A stretch of DNA of 64,000 bases. Origin: a virus. Taxonomy: Duplodnaviria; Heunggongvirae; Uroviricota; Caudoviricetes. The position numbers and the translations under genes are program-made. The notes beneath the pieces were generated by a model. That model searched no databases. It worked only from the letters and a program-made list of their open reading frames with translations, and was not told where the DNA came from. The stretch covers positions 127,852-191,851 of the IMG/VR virus record IMGVR_UViG_3300028805_000039; one strand, written 5' to 3'. Below, in pieces: positions 1 to 9,655 of the stretch. Every line of letters starts with the position of its first letter. Within the stretch, counting starts at the first letter, position 1.

Positions 1-28
1 TGACAAATCCGGTTTTATAGTGTATAAT
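1..28 (+). promoter_or_regulatory. sigma70-type promoter; -35 truncated at the window edge, -10 TATAAT
   Basis: tgacaaatccggttttatagtgTATAAT matches the repeated early promoter seen at 259-287. Confidence 0.5.
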
Positions 29-78
29 CCTAAGTGTAAAGGGGTTAAGGAAAGCCCCAATGGGAAGGAGAAAAAACA

Positions 79-249
79 ATGTTCTTTGAAGTTATTGAAA
101 TCACTGAAACCGCATGGGGCGATGATGATATTATCCGCGGCCGCTTTGATACTCTGGCCGAAGCTGAAACCTTTATCGCTGAAACCTATGGCGAAGATGT
201 GCCAGACGTTTATGTGCAGGATTCCACTGGAGAAGTGGTCTGGGGCTAA
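79..249 (+). CDS. small acidic hypothetical protein (56 aa), not in the ORF track
   Basis: ATG 11 nt after an AAGGAG RBS, then an open frame (MFFEVIEITETAWGDDD...) to TAA; lies between two promoters. Confidence 0.45.
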   Translation: MFFEVIEITETAWGDDDIIRGRFDTLAEAETFIAETYGEDVPDVYVQDSTGEVVWG

Positions 250-258
250 AAAAAGTCC

Positions 259-287
259 TTGACAAATCTGGATTTATAGTGTATAAT
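259..287 (+). promoter_or_regulatory. early promoter TTGACA-17-TATAAT
   Basis: ttgaca at 259-264, 17-bp spacer, tataat at 282-287. Confidence 0.7.
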
Positions 288-325
288 CCTAAGTGTAAAG
301 AAGAGATACGAAAGGAAGTAAAAAA

Positions 326-544
326 ATGAAAAAGTTTGTTTATCAGGTTGGCGGTTATGAATTTGTTGGCTTTGAGGCTTTCGGCGACGCATGGAAGCAG
401 GCCAGAGCTAAGGCCACCGAACTTCACGCAGGTGTGTATCGCCTGGTGATTAAGGGCGAAACCGTCAAACAGGAAGTGCTGGTAAACGGCGGCGTGTTCC
501 TGTCCGTGAACCGCGTACAGCCTGAGCAGGTGCTCATCTTCTGA
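326..544 (+). CDS. hypothetical protein (72 aa)
   Basis: ORF track; RBS gaaaggaag upstream; followed by a terminator. Confidence 0.6.
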   Translation: MKKFVYQVGGYEFVGFEAFGDAWKQARAKATELHAGVYRLVIKGETVKQEVLVNGGVFLSVNRVQPEQVLIF

Positions 545-572
545 GGGACTTGAATAAAGTCCCATTTTTTTT
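543..572 (+). terminator. rho-independent terminator
   Basis: gggacttgaataaagtccc hairpin followed by a T8 run. Confidence 0.75.
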
Positions 573-907
573 GGCTATTTATGCATTGTATACTCATTCA
601 TTTCCAATGAAACTTTATTCATTTCGGCGCGCCGCTCCTGGCCGACGCGGCGCGTTTTCAGTATAACACACGCTGGGCAAAAAATCAATAGGCAAAATGC
701 ACAAAATTTTAACCTCGGCTGTTTCCCGAAAATTCCTTTGTGCAAAATGACGAATCGCTCAAAAATTGAAAAAAACTCTTGCAATCTGCGTTGTAGTATG
801 GTATTATAACAGTGTCAGGAGGGGTTGACTTGTCCCCCTCGAAACCGGCCCGGGCGATTTCCGGGGATGCCGACATAAGGGCAATAAAAAAAATGGAGGT
901 ACTAACT

Positions 908-1024
908 ATGTACGCTATCTGCACCACCCGCAATGGGTTTATCACCCGCCGCTACTACGGGGTTATTAACCCCTGGATGCTTTGCCGCCACTACGGCAAG
1001 GTCATCCTGACCAACGCCCTCTAA
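908..1024 (+). CDS. small hypothetical protein (38 aa; MYAICTTRNG...)
   Basis: ATG after a ggagg RBS, downstream of a promoter at about 775-800; it is the C-terminal part of track ORF 812..1024. Confidence 0.35.
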   Translation: MYAICTTRNGFITRRYYGVINPWMLCRHYGKVILTNAL

Positions 1025-1072
1025 GGTGGCGGGCTCCCTTGAAATGATATACAGGGAGCAAAAAAGTTCTTG

Positions 1073-1105
1073 ACAAACCACTACAAATCTGATATAATCC
1101 ATAGT
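1073..1105 (+). promoter_or_regulatory. early promoter (ttgacaaaccactacaaatctgatataat)
   Basis: consensus -35 and -10; drives the GC-rich non-coding transcript downstream. Confidence 0.6.
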
Positions 1106-1600
1106 GTCAGGAGGGGTTGAGAGAATCCCCCACCCGACCCGGCGGTTCTCAAGGGTTCATCCTTAAAGCCCTTCCCCAATGGCGGTTCCCGTGAGTAGCT
1201 CCGCCCTCGGCCTTCGGGCAAACAAAAGCTAACACCCCACGCAGGCGGTGGAGTTAAAAAACAGCCGCTGGTTATGGTTCCAGAGTCAACAAAAAAACCA
1301 GCCGAGTGACTGGCGTCGATACAGCCAGCGGGCCGCTACCAGCCCGAAATCCACGGAGCGCGCGGTATGCGAAATAATCCCCCTCCCCGGTGGGAAAACC
1401 GGGACAGCCCAATGGAGCCAGCTGTAAATCGCCTGTGAGCGTCGTAAGCCTGGCAAGAGCCAAGGAGCCGCACGCCGAAGTCCTACTGTGCGGGATATAA
1501 ATGTGGAGGCAACATGCGGGGAGCTTCTGGAACCCCCAGGCTGGTAGGATGGAAGCAACGGGACGGGAACAAAAAGCCCGCCCCATTTTTATTACCCTCT
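1106..1600 (+). ncRNA. candidate structured non-coding RNA (about 0.5 kb, GC-rich) transcribed from the strong promoter
   Basis: no ORF with an RBS; the only ORFs are low-complexity antisense artefacts; many GC hairpins; begins agtgtcaggaggggttga like the short leader at about 820. Confidence 0.3.
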
Positions 1601-1642
1601 GTATAATGCAACTTTATACATTTTTAATGTATAAAGCTGCAT

Positions 1643-1680
1643 TTTCGGCGGCCCGCGAACCAGCGCTGCGGGCCGTTTTT
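1643..1680 (+). terminator. GC-rich hairpin terminator
   Basis: cggcccgcgaaccagcgctgcgggccg followed by ttttt. Confidence 0.6.
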
Positions 1681-1870
1681 CGCTTTAACACGTTAAAGCG
1701 ATAAATTATTAGCGATTTAGCACGCTAAAGTGCTACCACGCTAAATCCTAAAACCTACTGGGGTAGTATACTTTAGCACGCTAAATCATTAAACCTATAT
1801 GCCCAGTAGGTATATATACTTTAATACGTTAAATCGCTAATGTGCTAAAACCTATATGGCCAGTAGGAGA
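1680..1870. repeat. iteron-like direct and inverted repeats (ttagcacgctaaatc / cctatatgcccagtagg units)
   Basis: three imperfect units of about 45 bp; the same cgctaaatcgcta motif recurs at 25470-25540. Confidence 0.5.
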
Positions 1871-2000
1871 TTACAAAGTGGTAACAATATGGAACAATGT
1901 GTATAATTAGTATTGACATGTGCAGTATATGGTGTTATACTAATACTGTAAGCGAGAGAGAGAACAAGAAACAAAGAGATTAAAAAGGAGTTACAAAATT

Positions 2001-2453
2001 ATGACAACTATGCCCGTTCCTGACATTTTTACCACCATTAAAAATAAGGGTATCCGCGCGCAGGCTAATATGACCGCCGCTTGTGGACAAAAGTACATTG
2101 CCCACGACGGCAAGGCATATAACCATGCTTCTGACATTGAGTATATGGGCTATCATATTAGCGTTAAGGCGTACCACTTCACCCTTATGAGCGGTACGCT
2201 GTGCGAAGGTAAAGACACTATCAACGACATATGGGATGTATATGCTCGCACCACCCACAGCGACCGCTTCGCATATGTTCTCGGTGAGACAGCATATGTC
2301 ATGAATATTGTTGAATTTGAGAAGTTTGTCAAGCTGTTCTGTGAGATTGAGCGTGAAAGCAATCATAGCGACAGACAGCATACTGGTAGTTTCAAGGTTC
2401 GCGCCAAGCGTTGCGAAGGCAATATGGCAAAGTGGTTTGCCTCTATGCTGTAA
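2001..2453 (+). CDS. hypothetical protein (150 aa)
   Basis: ORF track; promoter at about 1908 and RBS aaaaggag. Confidence 0.6.
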   Translation: MTTMPVPDIFTTIKNKGIRAQANMTAACGQKYIAHDGKAYNHASDIEYMGYHISVKAYHFTLMSGTLCEGKDTINDIWDVYARTTHSDRFAYVLGETAYVMNIVEFEKFVKLFCEIERESNHSDRQHTGSFKVRAKRCEGNMAKWFASML

Positions 2454-2578
2454 TCATATGCCCGGGCGGCAATATATACAAAGCCGCCCGCTCTAATTTG
2501 TATAATATGCTGACTTGACAAATATAAAAAAATTTGGTAAAATATATATACAAAAGATGAAGAAAGGAATTGATGAAA

Positions 2579-3013
2579 ATGACGATTTGGTTTGATATGG
2601 ATGGTACTCTGGCTGACCTTTATGGTGTTGAAAATTGGCTCCCCATGGTTCGAGCAAGCGACCCTACTCCCTATATAATTGCCCGTCCCCTTGTAAATCT
2701 GTCAGCTCTTGCGCGTATCCTCAATCGGCTTCGCCGCGAGGGCTACGAAATCGGCGTAATTAGCTGGACTTCTAAGACTGGCACTCCTGATTATAACGCC
2801 GCTGTGACTGCCGCCAAGTATGCATGGCTGTCTAAGCACCTGCCATCTGTGGATTTTGATGAAATCCATGTTGTCCCCTACGGCACTCCCAAGCAGGTCT
2901 TTGCCCACTCTGACGATGATATTTTGTTCGATGATGAAGCAAAAAACCGTGAAAATTGGACTGGACTGGCTCTGGATGTTACCGATATTATCGGTGCTTT
3001 GAAAGCCCTTTAA
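2579..3013 (+). CDS. HAD-superfamily hydrolase, 5'(3')-deoxyribonucleotidase-like
   Basis: N-terminal FDMDGTLAD (HAD motif I, DxDGT) plus a conserved K and a DD in motif-like positions; start refined to the ATG of MTIWFDMDG. Confidence 0.6.
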   Translation: MTIWFDMDGTLADLYGVENWLPMVRASDPTPYIIARPLVNLSALARILNRLRREGYEIGVISWTSKTGTPDYNAAVTAAKYAWLSKHLPSVDFDEIHVVPYGTPKQVFAHSDDDILFDDEAKNRENWTGLALDVTDIIGALKAL

Positions 3014-3108
3014 ATAGGGCTGAAAAGCCCGGGCATTTTTGTGCATTTTGACTAATTGACAAATCCCAAGAGTAAGAGTATAATAGAGGACAGAAAGGGG
3101 ATAGAGCA

Positions 3109-3489
3109 ATGAATAAAGAAATGCAGATTTTGAATTACATGTGGAAACTCGGTCTTTCTCGTGAAGAAGCAGAACAGCTTTATAAAGATGAAGAAGAAGA
3201 TAATCTTCCTGAATTGACTGCTGAACAAAAGAAAGTCGAAAAGGAAATGCGGCAAGCTGACCGCAAGAAAGAAACTGTCCCGCGCAAGCGTGAACGTGAA
3301 CCCGATGGGGCAAAACTTTTATTGCTTTCTATCTTGTATCACAGTATAGATGATTATTTTGAAGATACTTTACATCACGATGGATTGAATTTGACTGTTA
3401 TAAATCCTGAAAGAGAATTTGAATTCATTTTTGAGAATGTTAAATATAGAATAACACTTTCAAAACCAAGAAAGGAAAAAGAAAAATGA
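3109..3489 (+). CDS. hypothetical protein; paralog of the 19798..20217 product
   Basis: shares LTxEQKKV...RKxxxKKxT..KRERxP with the ORF at 19798. Confidence 0.55.
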   Translation: MNKEMQILNYMWKLGLSREEAEQLYKDEEEDNLPELTAEQKKVEKEMRQADRKKETVPRKREREPDGAKLLLLSILYHSIDDYFEDTLHHDGLNLTVINPEREFEFIFENVKYRITLSKPRKEKEK

Positions 3490-3752
3490 AAGTTGTTGAA
3501 GTAAGTAAAAAAGTCCGAGAAGTACCACTTTCTTCTCTAAAATTAGGAGATACATTCATTTTTGATTCGAGAATTGGTATGGTTGCTTCTCGTAATGGGC
3601 ATGATTTTCCATTGGATTTAGTTTTGGGTCGGGAATTCTGTTTGCCCTCCGAAGTAAGGCAATGGATGCCACATGATCAGTCCGCTATGCTCTCTCCTTC
3701 TACAATGGTAATCCCTGTCGATTGTGAATTACAGTATCGGCTTAAATACTAA
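3486..3752 (+). CDS. hypothetical protein (88 aa)
   Basis: ORF track; start codon overlaps the upstream stop (ATGA). Confidence 0.45.
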   Translation: MKVVEVSKKVREVPLSSLKLGDTFIFDSRIGMVASRNGHDFPLDLVLGREFCLPSEVRQWMPHDQSAMLSPSTMVIPVDCELQYRLKY

Positions 3753-3885
3753 GCCGATACATTATTTAATAAATAAAAAAAGTTAACATAATAAAGTTTT
3801 CATTTTATTATTGACAAAGCCATTTTCTTATGTTATAATTTAAATGTTCCAAAAGGAAATGAATTTTTGAAAGGAGTTTTTGAAA

Positions 3886-3960
3886 TGGATATTTGGCTGT
3901 GGGGAATCGCGGGTGGAGTTGTTTTTATTCTTCTCTATATGTGGTTGGGCGATAAGTAAG
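3886..3960 (+). CDS. small hydrophobic peptide (24 aa)
   Basis: aaaggag RBS then ATG; MDIWLWGIAGGVVFILLYMWLGDK. Confidence 0.3.
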
Positions 3961-4296
3961 CCCAGCCTAACTGCCCGGGCGATTTGTTAAGAAATTATCA
4001 AATGATTTTTTAAAATACCCCATTGACATTTTCTAAATCATTTGCTATAATATAATTGTTCCAAGGGAAAGCGAAGAGAAGCAAGAAGCCCACAGAAGCC
4101 GGCGAGATGGGTGATGCAGTCGCCATACCACTACTCTATGGAGCCAAGGGGGATTCTCTTGAATCGCGAGTCAAGCGGAGAGAGGGAAGAATGTTCCCGC
4201 CGATAAAAAGAAACCCCCTTGTTTTTCAAATGAAATTCAAAATACCCTCTTGACAGAATAAGTCAAGTATGGTATAATGAATATAGTCAAGAGAGC

Positions 4297-4372
4297 AGAG
4301 CCACCGAATCTGGTTGAAATAACCCAGTAGTTAGAGAGACTTTGAGATTGACCGAATCTGGTTGAAATAACC
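4297..4372 (+). repeat. tandem direct repeat of two units (ccgaatctggttgaaataacccagtagttagaga), each holding a small hairpin
   Basis: two near-identical copies downstream of the promoter at 4251-4290. Confidence 0.6.
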
Positions 4373-4453
4373 CAGTAGTTAGAGAATAAAAAATCAATCA
4401 AATGCTCTCTTGACAAGCCCCAAAAAGTATGCTATAATGTAAATGTAAATAAG

Positions 4454-4530
4454 GAACGATAGAAGTTAAGTGGAAAGACAGTTGAAGTGTGCGAAGCACA
4501 TAGAAGCAGTGGGCGGTTCAAGTCCCCCTC
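4454..4530 (+). ncRNA. tRNA-like element (acceptor ggaacga/tcgttcc, T-loop ggttcaagtcc; no canonical anticodon arm, no CCA)
   Basis: perfect 7-bp acceptor complementarity and a T-arm, but a GTGC-gaa-GCAC hairpin replaces the anticodon arm. Confidence 0.3.
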
Positions 4531-4726
4531 GTTCCAGTCCAACAGGAATGATTCTTCTGCCTGAAAATGTCAAAAAAGAGAAGCGAGCCCTACGTTGAAA
4601 AAGTGGGTGACTTGTGTGTGGAATACGTAACACTCGTTCAGTTGTGGGCTGAAAACAACGGAGTGCCGAGCTGACGGCCTGCCTGACATAGAGCCTTGAT
4701 GACAAGAGGCATCAGCAATTAAATAT

Positions 4727-4813
4727 GCGGGTATGGTGGAATAGGCAGACACCACAGACTTAAAATCTGTTGGCCGCAAGGCCGTGCCGGTTCAAGTCCG
4801 GCTACCCGCACCA
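4727..4813 (+). tRNA. tRNA-Leu(TAA), class II
   Basis: acceptor gcgggta/tacccgc; anticodon stem acaga/tctgt with loop cttaaaa; long variable arm ggccgcaaggcc; T-loop ttcaagt; CCA encoded. Confidence 0.8.
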
Positions 4814-4959
4814 ATAACATCCTCTCTTCTTTCTTTCTTTCTCTTTTTGTGCGGTTCCTACCCTATGGGTAGGAATTGCGCCCGGGCAAAGAAATTGTTA
4901 AATAAATAACTTTTGAAAAAGGTATTGACTTTTCGTTAAAAAAGCGTATAATAATAATT

Positions 4960-5070
4960 GTCAAGAGGACGAGCGATAATCCGCCAGCCGTAGGGCAATA
5001 GCCAACAAGCGATACAGCGTGAGAAATCAACCGACAAAATTTTCAAAGAAATTTGAAAATCCTCTTGACA
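4960..5070 (+). ncRNA. promoter-driven small RNA unit; 5' end (gtcaagagg) pairs with its 3' end (cctcttgac), which is also the -35 of the next promoter
   Basis: aattgtcaagagg ... tttcaaagaaatttgaaa ... cctcttgacaa; no ORF. Confidence 0.4.
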
Positions 5071-5249
5071 AGACCACAAATCTGTGGTACAATAAAGATG
5101 TTGATAGGGAAGAGCCGAGCAAGGACGCAATTAGGACGGTGCGCGCGTGAAAAGCTACTGCCTATGGCTCAATAAAAAAAATAAAAATATTTCCTAAACC
5201 CTATTGACAAATCCACAGATTTGTGGTATAATAAATATAGTTGAAAGGG

Positions 5250-5830
5250 AGATGGAGAAGGGCGAGGTCACGCCGCCATCATAAAAAAATCCCAATGTGA
5301 GCGCTTTGCGGGAAAACCCTTTTGACATAAATGTAAGTGTAAGGATGATAAAGACCTGTGTACACCCCAACACAAGTTGGGCCGAGGCACAAAAACTACT
5401 GGCACGAGTGTACATTAAGTGCGTAGCCGAGAGTGGTTAGGGGCTACACTAATAATTATGCCATCTACCCATCTGCGTTGGGTAGTGAGGGGGACGCAGA
5501 CCCCAAAAAGTGAGCAACTACTTTAATGAGAGTCGCTGGACACCTCGCCCATTGAGGAGGGAAGTGCTGGTAGGTTCCCACCATAACACCAGACGCCAGA
5601 ACGTAAGGGCATACGGAATGGCAACAATTGTGGGATATTTATTTGTAGGTACTGAGAAAAACCTTCCGCAGTTTTAGACTATTATAAGTTCTGCGTAAAT
5701 AAAAACTTGCATGTAATTTTTATAAAATGGGTAAAGGCGTTGAGCGTGTATGTCTACCCCATTAAAAACGCTACAAAGGGTTTTACGGCAGGAGACCTAT
5801 ATAGGGGTGAGAAACCTATTCCCCTAATTT
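5250..5830 (+). ncRNA. about 0.55-kb GC-rich non-coding transcript region between the promoter (5204-5240) and the tRNA-Lys
   Basis: no ORFs; many hairpins; ends at the tRNA 5' end. Confidence 0.25.
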
Positions 5831-5834
5831 ATAA

Positions 5835-5909
5835 GCGCGTGTAACTCAGTGGTAGAGTAATCGCCTTTTAAGCGATAAGTCGCGGGTTCAAGCCCCGCCA
5901 TGCGCACCA
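5835..5909 (+). tRNA. tRNA-Lys(TTT)
   Basis: acceptor gcgcgtg/catgcgc (one G.U); anticodon stem atcgc/gcgat with loop cttttaa; T-arm gcgggttcaagccccgc; CCA. Confidence 0.8.
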
Positions 5910-6093
5910 ATACTTTTCCTTTCTCTCTTTTCTTTCTCTTTTGGTAATTCCTACTTTTATAGGTAGGAATTACGCCCGGGCGCAAAAATAATTTTTAAAA
6001 AAGTATTGACTTTTCACAAAAAAAGAGTATAATAATAAGTGTCAAGAGGAAAAATATAATCTAAAAAAATATTATAATAAAAGGTGATAAAAA

Positions 6094-6378
6094 ATGAATA
6101 TTATTGGTGGAATTTGGCTTATGACGACAGTTTTGGCTTTCTCTTTATTTGTTTCTGTATATTTTACAGCAAGAGAGAAATTCAAAAATAGACATCCAAC
6201 AGCAAAAATAGAAAAAAGTCTACTCGGAGAAAAAATCTATGGATATGTAATGGGTTTTGTTATTATAACTATACCAATTTTTCATTTTCTTACTTTATTC
6301 ATTTTAGCTACTCAGTATGATGATATTGTAGAAAGCACGATTTCCAAAATAGAAAATAAAATTATTTCAGAGGAATAA
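6094..6378 (+). CDS. membrane protein (94 aa, 2-3 TM segments)
   Basis: ORF track; hydrophobic segments; followed by the terminator at 6381-6410. Confidence 0.55.
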   Translation: MNIIGGIWLMTTVLAFSLFVSVYFTAREKFKNRHPTAKIEKSLLGEKIYGYVMGFVIITIPIFHFLTLFILATQYDDIVESTISKIENKIISEE

Positions 6379-6380
6379 GG

Positions 6381-6410
6381 ACTATTTTATTAGTCCTTAT
6401 TCTTTTTTAT
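6381..6410 (+). terminator. rho-independent terminator
   Basis: ggactattttattagtcc followed by a T-rich run. Confidence 0.7.
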
Positions 6411-6412
6411 TT

Positions 6413-6470
6413 GAAAATTTTAAAAAAATATTATATAATTATTATAGAAAATTAAAGAAAAGGAATTGAT
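6413..6470 (+). promoter_or_regulatory. late-type AT-rich promoter (TTGAAA-17-TATAAT) located inside the early module
   Basis: tatttgaaaattttaaaaaaatattatataat, identical to the module-2 promoters. Confidence 0.55.
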
Positions 6471-6475
6471 AAAAA

Positions 6476-6727
6476 ATGATTATGACTATTATTGACCAGA
6501 AGAAAGAATTTAATGCTCACATTGATAATCTTGTGGCAAAGTGCCCGGGCGACAAGACTAAGGCTGAACTTTTTCACGAGTTTATGGCTGATGGAATGTT
6601 CAATTGCTCTGTTGATGAGAACTATTTTTATGAATTTACTCTTGCTTTTGAAGAGTTTCTGTATTTTACTTATCGTATGGATGCCGCAAATTTTAAATAT
6701 TTTGATTTGAATAGATTTTACTTCTAA
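6476..6727 (+). CDS. hypothetical protein (83 aa)
   Basis: ORF track. Confidence 0.5.
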   Translation: MIMTIIDQKKEFNAHIDNLVAKCPGDKTKAELFHEFMADGMFNCSVDENYFYEFTLAFEEFLYFTYRMDAANFKYFDLNRFYF

Positions 6728-6784
6728 AAAGACTTGACAGATACCTTTCAGTATGCTATACTATAATTGTCAGGAGGGATATTG

Positions 6785-7045
6785 ATGGAATTAAAAGAAA
6801 TGATTGAAAAACTTACTAATGCGCTTGACAAAGAAAGCGATTATTGGTGTAATTTTGCGGTAGCGAATACCACCAATCCGGATAAAATGATGTATGGTGC
6901 GGCTGTTGGCCGAGGAGCAACATATAGTGAGGTTGCAATGCTGCTTAAATTTATCCTTAATAATGATACCGATAAATTTGAAGATTTTCTGACTTGTTAT
7001 AATGATATTAAAGAAAAATATCAGAAAATAAATGAAGGGAGATAA
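6785..7045 (+). CDS. hypothetical protein
   Basis: ORF track 6767..7045, start refined to MELKEM behind a gaggga RBS. Confidence 0.5.
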   Translation: MELKEMIEKLTNALDKESDYWCNFAVANTTNPDKMMYGAAVGRGATYSEVAMLLKFILNNDTDKFEDFLTCYNDIKEKYQKINEGR

Positions 7046-7049
7046 TAAA

Positions 7050-7379
7050 ATGGATATTAGAAATGTGCCTGCGGAAGCGGCAAACTATGAATTCGTTGTG
7101 GTGATTCCTAATGCTGACCATTACACTTTCCTCGGGATGTATGCAGATTGGCACGAAGCAGAAAAGGTAGCTCTTGAATACGGCGGGATTGTAATTCACA
7201 ATGTACGTATTCATGGATACCAGCCGCCCAAACCTAAAAAGAAGCATTATGTTTTTAGCGGAGTATGGTCTTGGGATTGCTGGGCTACTAATGAAGAAGA
7301 AGCCCGCAAACAGTTCGATGATGATTTTGTGTATGTTGATCTTGACCTTGACCACATCGAAATTGAGGTAGATGAATAA
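7050..7379 (+). CDS. hypothetical protein
   Basis: ORF track 7032..7379, start refined to MDIRNV behind a gaaggga RBS. Confidence 0.55.
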   Translation: MDIRNVPAEAANYEFVVVIPNADHYTFLGMYADWHEAEKVALEYGGIVIHNVRIHGYQPPKPKKKHYVFSGVWSWDCWATNEEEARKQFDDDFVYVDLDLDHIEIEVDE

Positions 7380-7387
7380 TTTACCTC

Positions 7388-7478
7388 AGTTGCCCGGGCG
7401 CGCGTTTATAAAAAGTTCATAATTTTTTGGCAAATATCTATTGACATTCATCCCACTATCTGCTATACTATAATTGTT
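7388..7478 (+). promoter_or_regulatory. early cassette: GCCCGGGC hairpin, A/T element, TTGACA (7441-7446) -17- TATACT (7464-7469), leader aattgttccaagagg
   Basis: one of roughly 50 near-identical cassettes in module 1. Confidence 0.7.
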
Positions 7479-7511
7479 CCAAGAGGAAAACAAAAAAAGG
7501 AGAATAAAATA

Positions 7512-7742
7512 ATGAATACGCCTGACTTTAATTTACGACGCCCAGCTATTTTTTCTGAAGACGAAAAAGCTTTGCTTAAAGAAGTAACTACAAAAGTTGA
7601 AAAAGCTTGTATAAATTGTAAAGATTGTGATTGGTGTATTTTCACTAAATTTTGTAGGCAAGTAAGTCTTAATGAAGATACTACAAGCCCCGGTGAACTT
7701 CTTACAGAGATATTTTCTATGCTTGGAGTTGATTTTAATTAA
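7512..7742 (+). CDS. hypothetical Cys-containing protein (76 aa)
   Basis: ORF track; aaaaggag RBS. Confidence 0.5.
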   Translation: MNTPDFNLRRPAIFSEDEKALLKEVTTKVEKACINCKDCDWCIFTKFCRQVSLNEDTTSPGELLTEIFSMLGVDFN

Positions 7743-7851
7743 TTCCAAGCGCCCGGGCGATTTGTTAAATAAATAACTATTAAAAAAGTCTTGACATTTG
7801 CGCGCCTATCTGCTATACTATAATTGTTCCAAGAGGAAAGGAGAAAATAAA

Positions 7852-8061
7852 ATGAATAGAATGAACTATAAGGAAGTTTGTGTTTCTCTCCAGTGCCCTT
7901 TCTGCGGCAGAGGGCACGAGGTTGAAGTCAATGAAATGGACTATCTTGATTGGAAAGATGGCACTCTCGCGCAGGACGCTTTCCCATATCTTTCAGCTAC
8001 TGAGCGTGAGCAGTTGATTAGTCAGTTGTGCCCTACTTGCCAGCACAAATTTTTTGATTAA
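7852..8061 (+). CDS. zinc-ribbon protein (CPFCG...CPTCQ)
   Basis: two CxxC pairs; start refined from track ORF 7798..8061. Confidence 0.55.
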   Translation: MNRMNYKEVCVSLQCPFCGRGHEVEVNEMDYLDWKDGTLAQDAFPYLSATEREQLISQLCPTCQHKFFD

Positions 8062-8073
8062 GGAGGAATAAAA

Positions 8074-8355
8074 ATGAAAGCAACTGGAATTGTGCGACGT
8101 GTGGATGACCTTGGTCGTATCGTTATCCCTAAAGAGATTCGGCGTACTCTCCACATTAAAGAAGGCGACCCCCTTGAAATCTATGTTGATGACAACATGG
8201 TGTGCTTTAGGAACTATAAGTATCAGGCGGTTGAAGATGCTTGTAAACAAGTTCTTGCCGCTTCCGCTGAATTAGTTAATCCTGAACAGTGTAACGCTAT
8301 TGATGCACACCTTAACGCCATCCGTAAACTGGTATTTGAGTTAGCCGAGAGTTAA
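8074..8355 (+). CDS. AbrB/SpoVT-family (swapped-hairpin) DNA-binding protein
   Basis: N-terminal GIVRRVDDLGRIVIPKEIRRTLHIKEGDPLEIYVDD closely resembles the AbrB N-domain. Confidence 0.7.
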   Translation: MKATGIVRRVDDLGRIVIPKEIRRTLHIKEGDPLEIYVDDNMVCFRNYKYQAVEDACKQVLAASAELVNPEQCNAIDAHLNAIRKLVFELAES

Positions 8356-8360
8356 TCTTG

Positions 8361-8450
8361 GCTAACCGCCCGGGCGGATTGTTAAATAAATAATTATTAA
8401 AAAAGTCTTGACATTTAACTCCTTATCTGCTATACTATAATTGTTCCAAG
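8361..8450 (+). promoter_or_regulatory. early cassette: ccgcccgggcgg hairpin, gattgttaaataaataa, TTGACA (8408-8413) -17- TATACT (8431-8436)
   Basis: direct read of the sequence. Confidence 0.7.
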
Positions 8451-8478
8451 GGAAGAATAAAAAAAGGAGATAAAAAAA

Positions 8479-8784
8479 ATGAAAGTACACATTGAACATT
8501 TTGCCACTTCTTACAGCATCACTTTCCACGGCACTATCAGTTATGATGTTGAGAGCTTTAGTTCTCTTGATGACGCTCTTGCTTTTGCTGAGGAAGAGAT
8601 TGATGTACGTCAGCAGGCTACTTCTGCTACTATCTGGGATAGCAATACTGGTGAGGTCTATGCTACTTGCTCTTGGGATGATGAATCTGTCCCTGAAGAG
8701 GACTATGGAGCATGGGAAGATTGGGATTATAATGAGGATGAGGGTTTTGACCCCTATGCTGGTGAATATACTTGGGATTGCTGA
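8479..8784 (+). CDS. acidic hypothetical protein (101 aa)
   Basis: ORF track. Confidence 0.55.
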   Translation: MKVHIEHFATSYSITFHGTISYDVESFSSLDDALAFAEEEIDVRQQATSATIWDSNTGEVYATCSWDDESVPEEDYGAWEDWDYNEDEGFDPYAGEYTWDC

Positions 8785-8978
8785 AAAGTAGTCCCAACTT
8801 TTTTTGTATTCCCAGAGAATTCCAGAACGCCCGGGCGAAAAGATTGTTAGAAAAATAACTTTCTCATCATTGAAAAATAATCTTGACAAATTCGATTAGG
8901 TGTGTTATTATAATAATGCCAAGAGGAAAGAACCACTTGACAGAAAACAAAAAAATTTATAAAGGAGTAAAAAAATTA

Positions 8979-9116
8979 TGATGATGGTGTTTGGTGTGTG
9001 CGATAATGCTGTTGATGCTTACCGTATGATGGAGTATGCGATGGAGCTGATTGCCGCGTATGGTGGCGGCATTTATGATGACGATGATGATGACGATTGG
9101 AGATGCGGCACCTGAG
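8979..9116 (+). CDS. small acidic protein (45 aa) with a poly-Asp tail
   Basis: RBS aaaggag then ATG; ...GGGIYDDDDDDDW. Confidence 0.35.
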
Positions 9117-9259
9117 TCTGACGCGTGGCAAATTACCTCAAAAACTTGAGGTAATTTGCCCGGGCGGATTGTTAAAGAAATAACTTACAAAAAAGGTATT
9201 GACTAATACTGTATAATGTGTTATTATAATAATGCCAAGAGGAAAGGAGAACATGAGAA

Positions 9260-9460
9260 ATGATTGAAAGAATTACTGGCTATCACATTCATAATGATAC
9301 TAATAAAGCATGGAATATTATTGATAATGAAATTAGTTGCGTTACAAACGATATTTATATTGTAGGACAAAACTTATCTACACTCGGAGAAATCCCTGCC
9401 GATATACAATTAAGATTAAAAAATTTGATTAGAACAGCGGAGAAAGTTCTTGATAAGTAA
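9260..9460 (+). CDS. hypothetical protein (66 aa)
   Basis: ORF track. Confidence 0.45.
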   Translation: MIERITGYHIHNDTNKAWNIIDNEISCVTNDIYIVGQNLSTLGEIPADIQLRLKNLIRTAEKVLDK

Positions 9461-9475
9461 AAGGAGATAAAAAAA

Positions 9476-9655
9476 ATGGATTATGTGTACTTAATCTGGG
9501 AAGACGTTGACGATTGGCCCGAAGATGGCGGCGGCACTTATCTTGAAGCTATCTTTGCTAATAAAGAAGATGCTGATAAAGAATGTGAAAGGCTCAATAA
9601 AAATCGTCCTACTAAAGAGACCAGTTATTTTGTAGATAAAGGAGTTGTAAGATAA
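9476..9655 (+). CDS. hypothetical protein (59 aa)
   Basis: aaaggag RBS; MDYVYLIWEDVDDWPEDGGG... Confidence 0.4.
   Translation: MDYVYLIWEDVDDWPEDGGGTYLEAIFANKEDADKECERLNKNRPTKETSYFVDKGVVR

Noticed and set aside
1272-1586. Minus-strand ORFs of 104 and 90 aa in the GC-rich region
   Set aside because: Low-complexity Pro/Gly/Arg-rich translations typical of antisense or GC artefacts; no RBS; the region is better explained as non-coding RNA.
4058-4250. 65-aa ORF 4056..4253
   Set aside because: No RBS and a GC-rich transcript directly after the promoter with complementary ends; more likely a small RNA unit than a gene.
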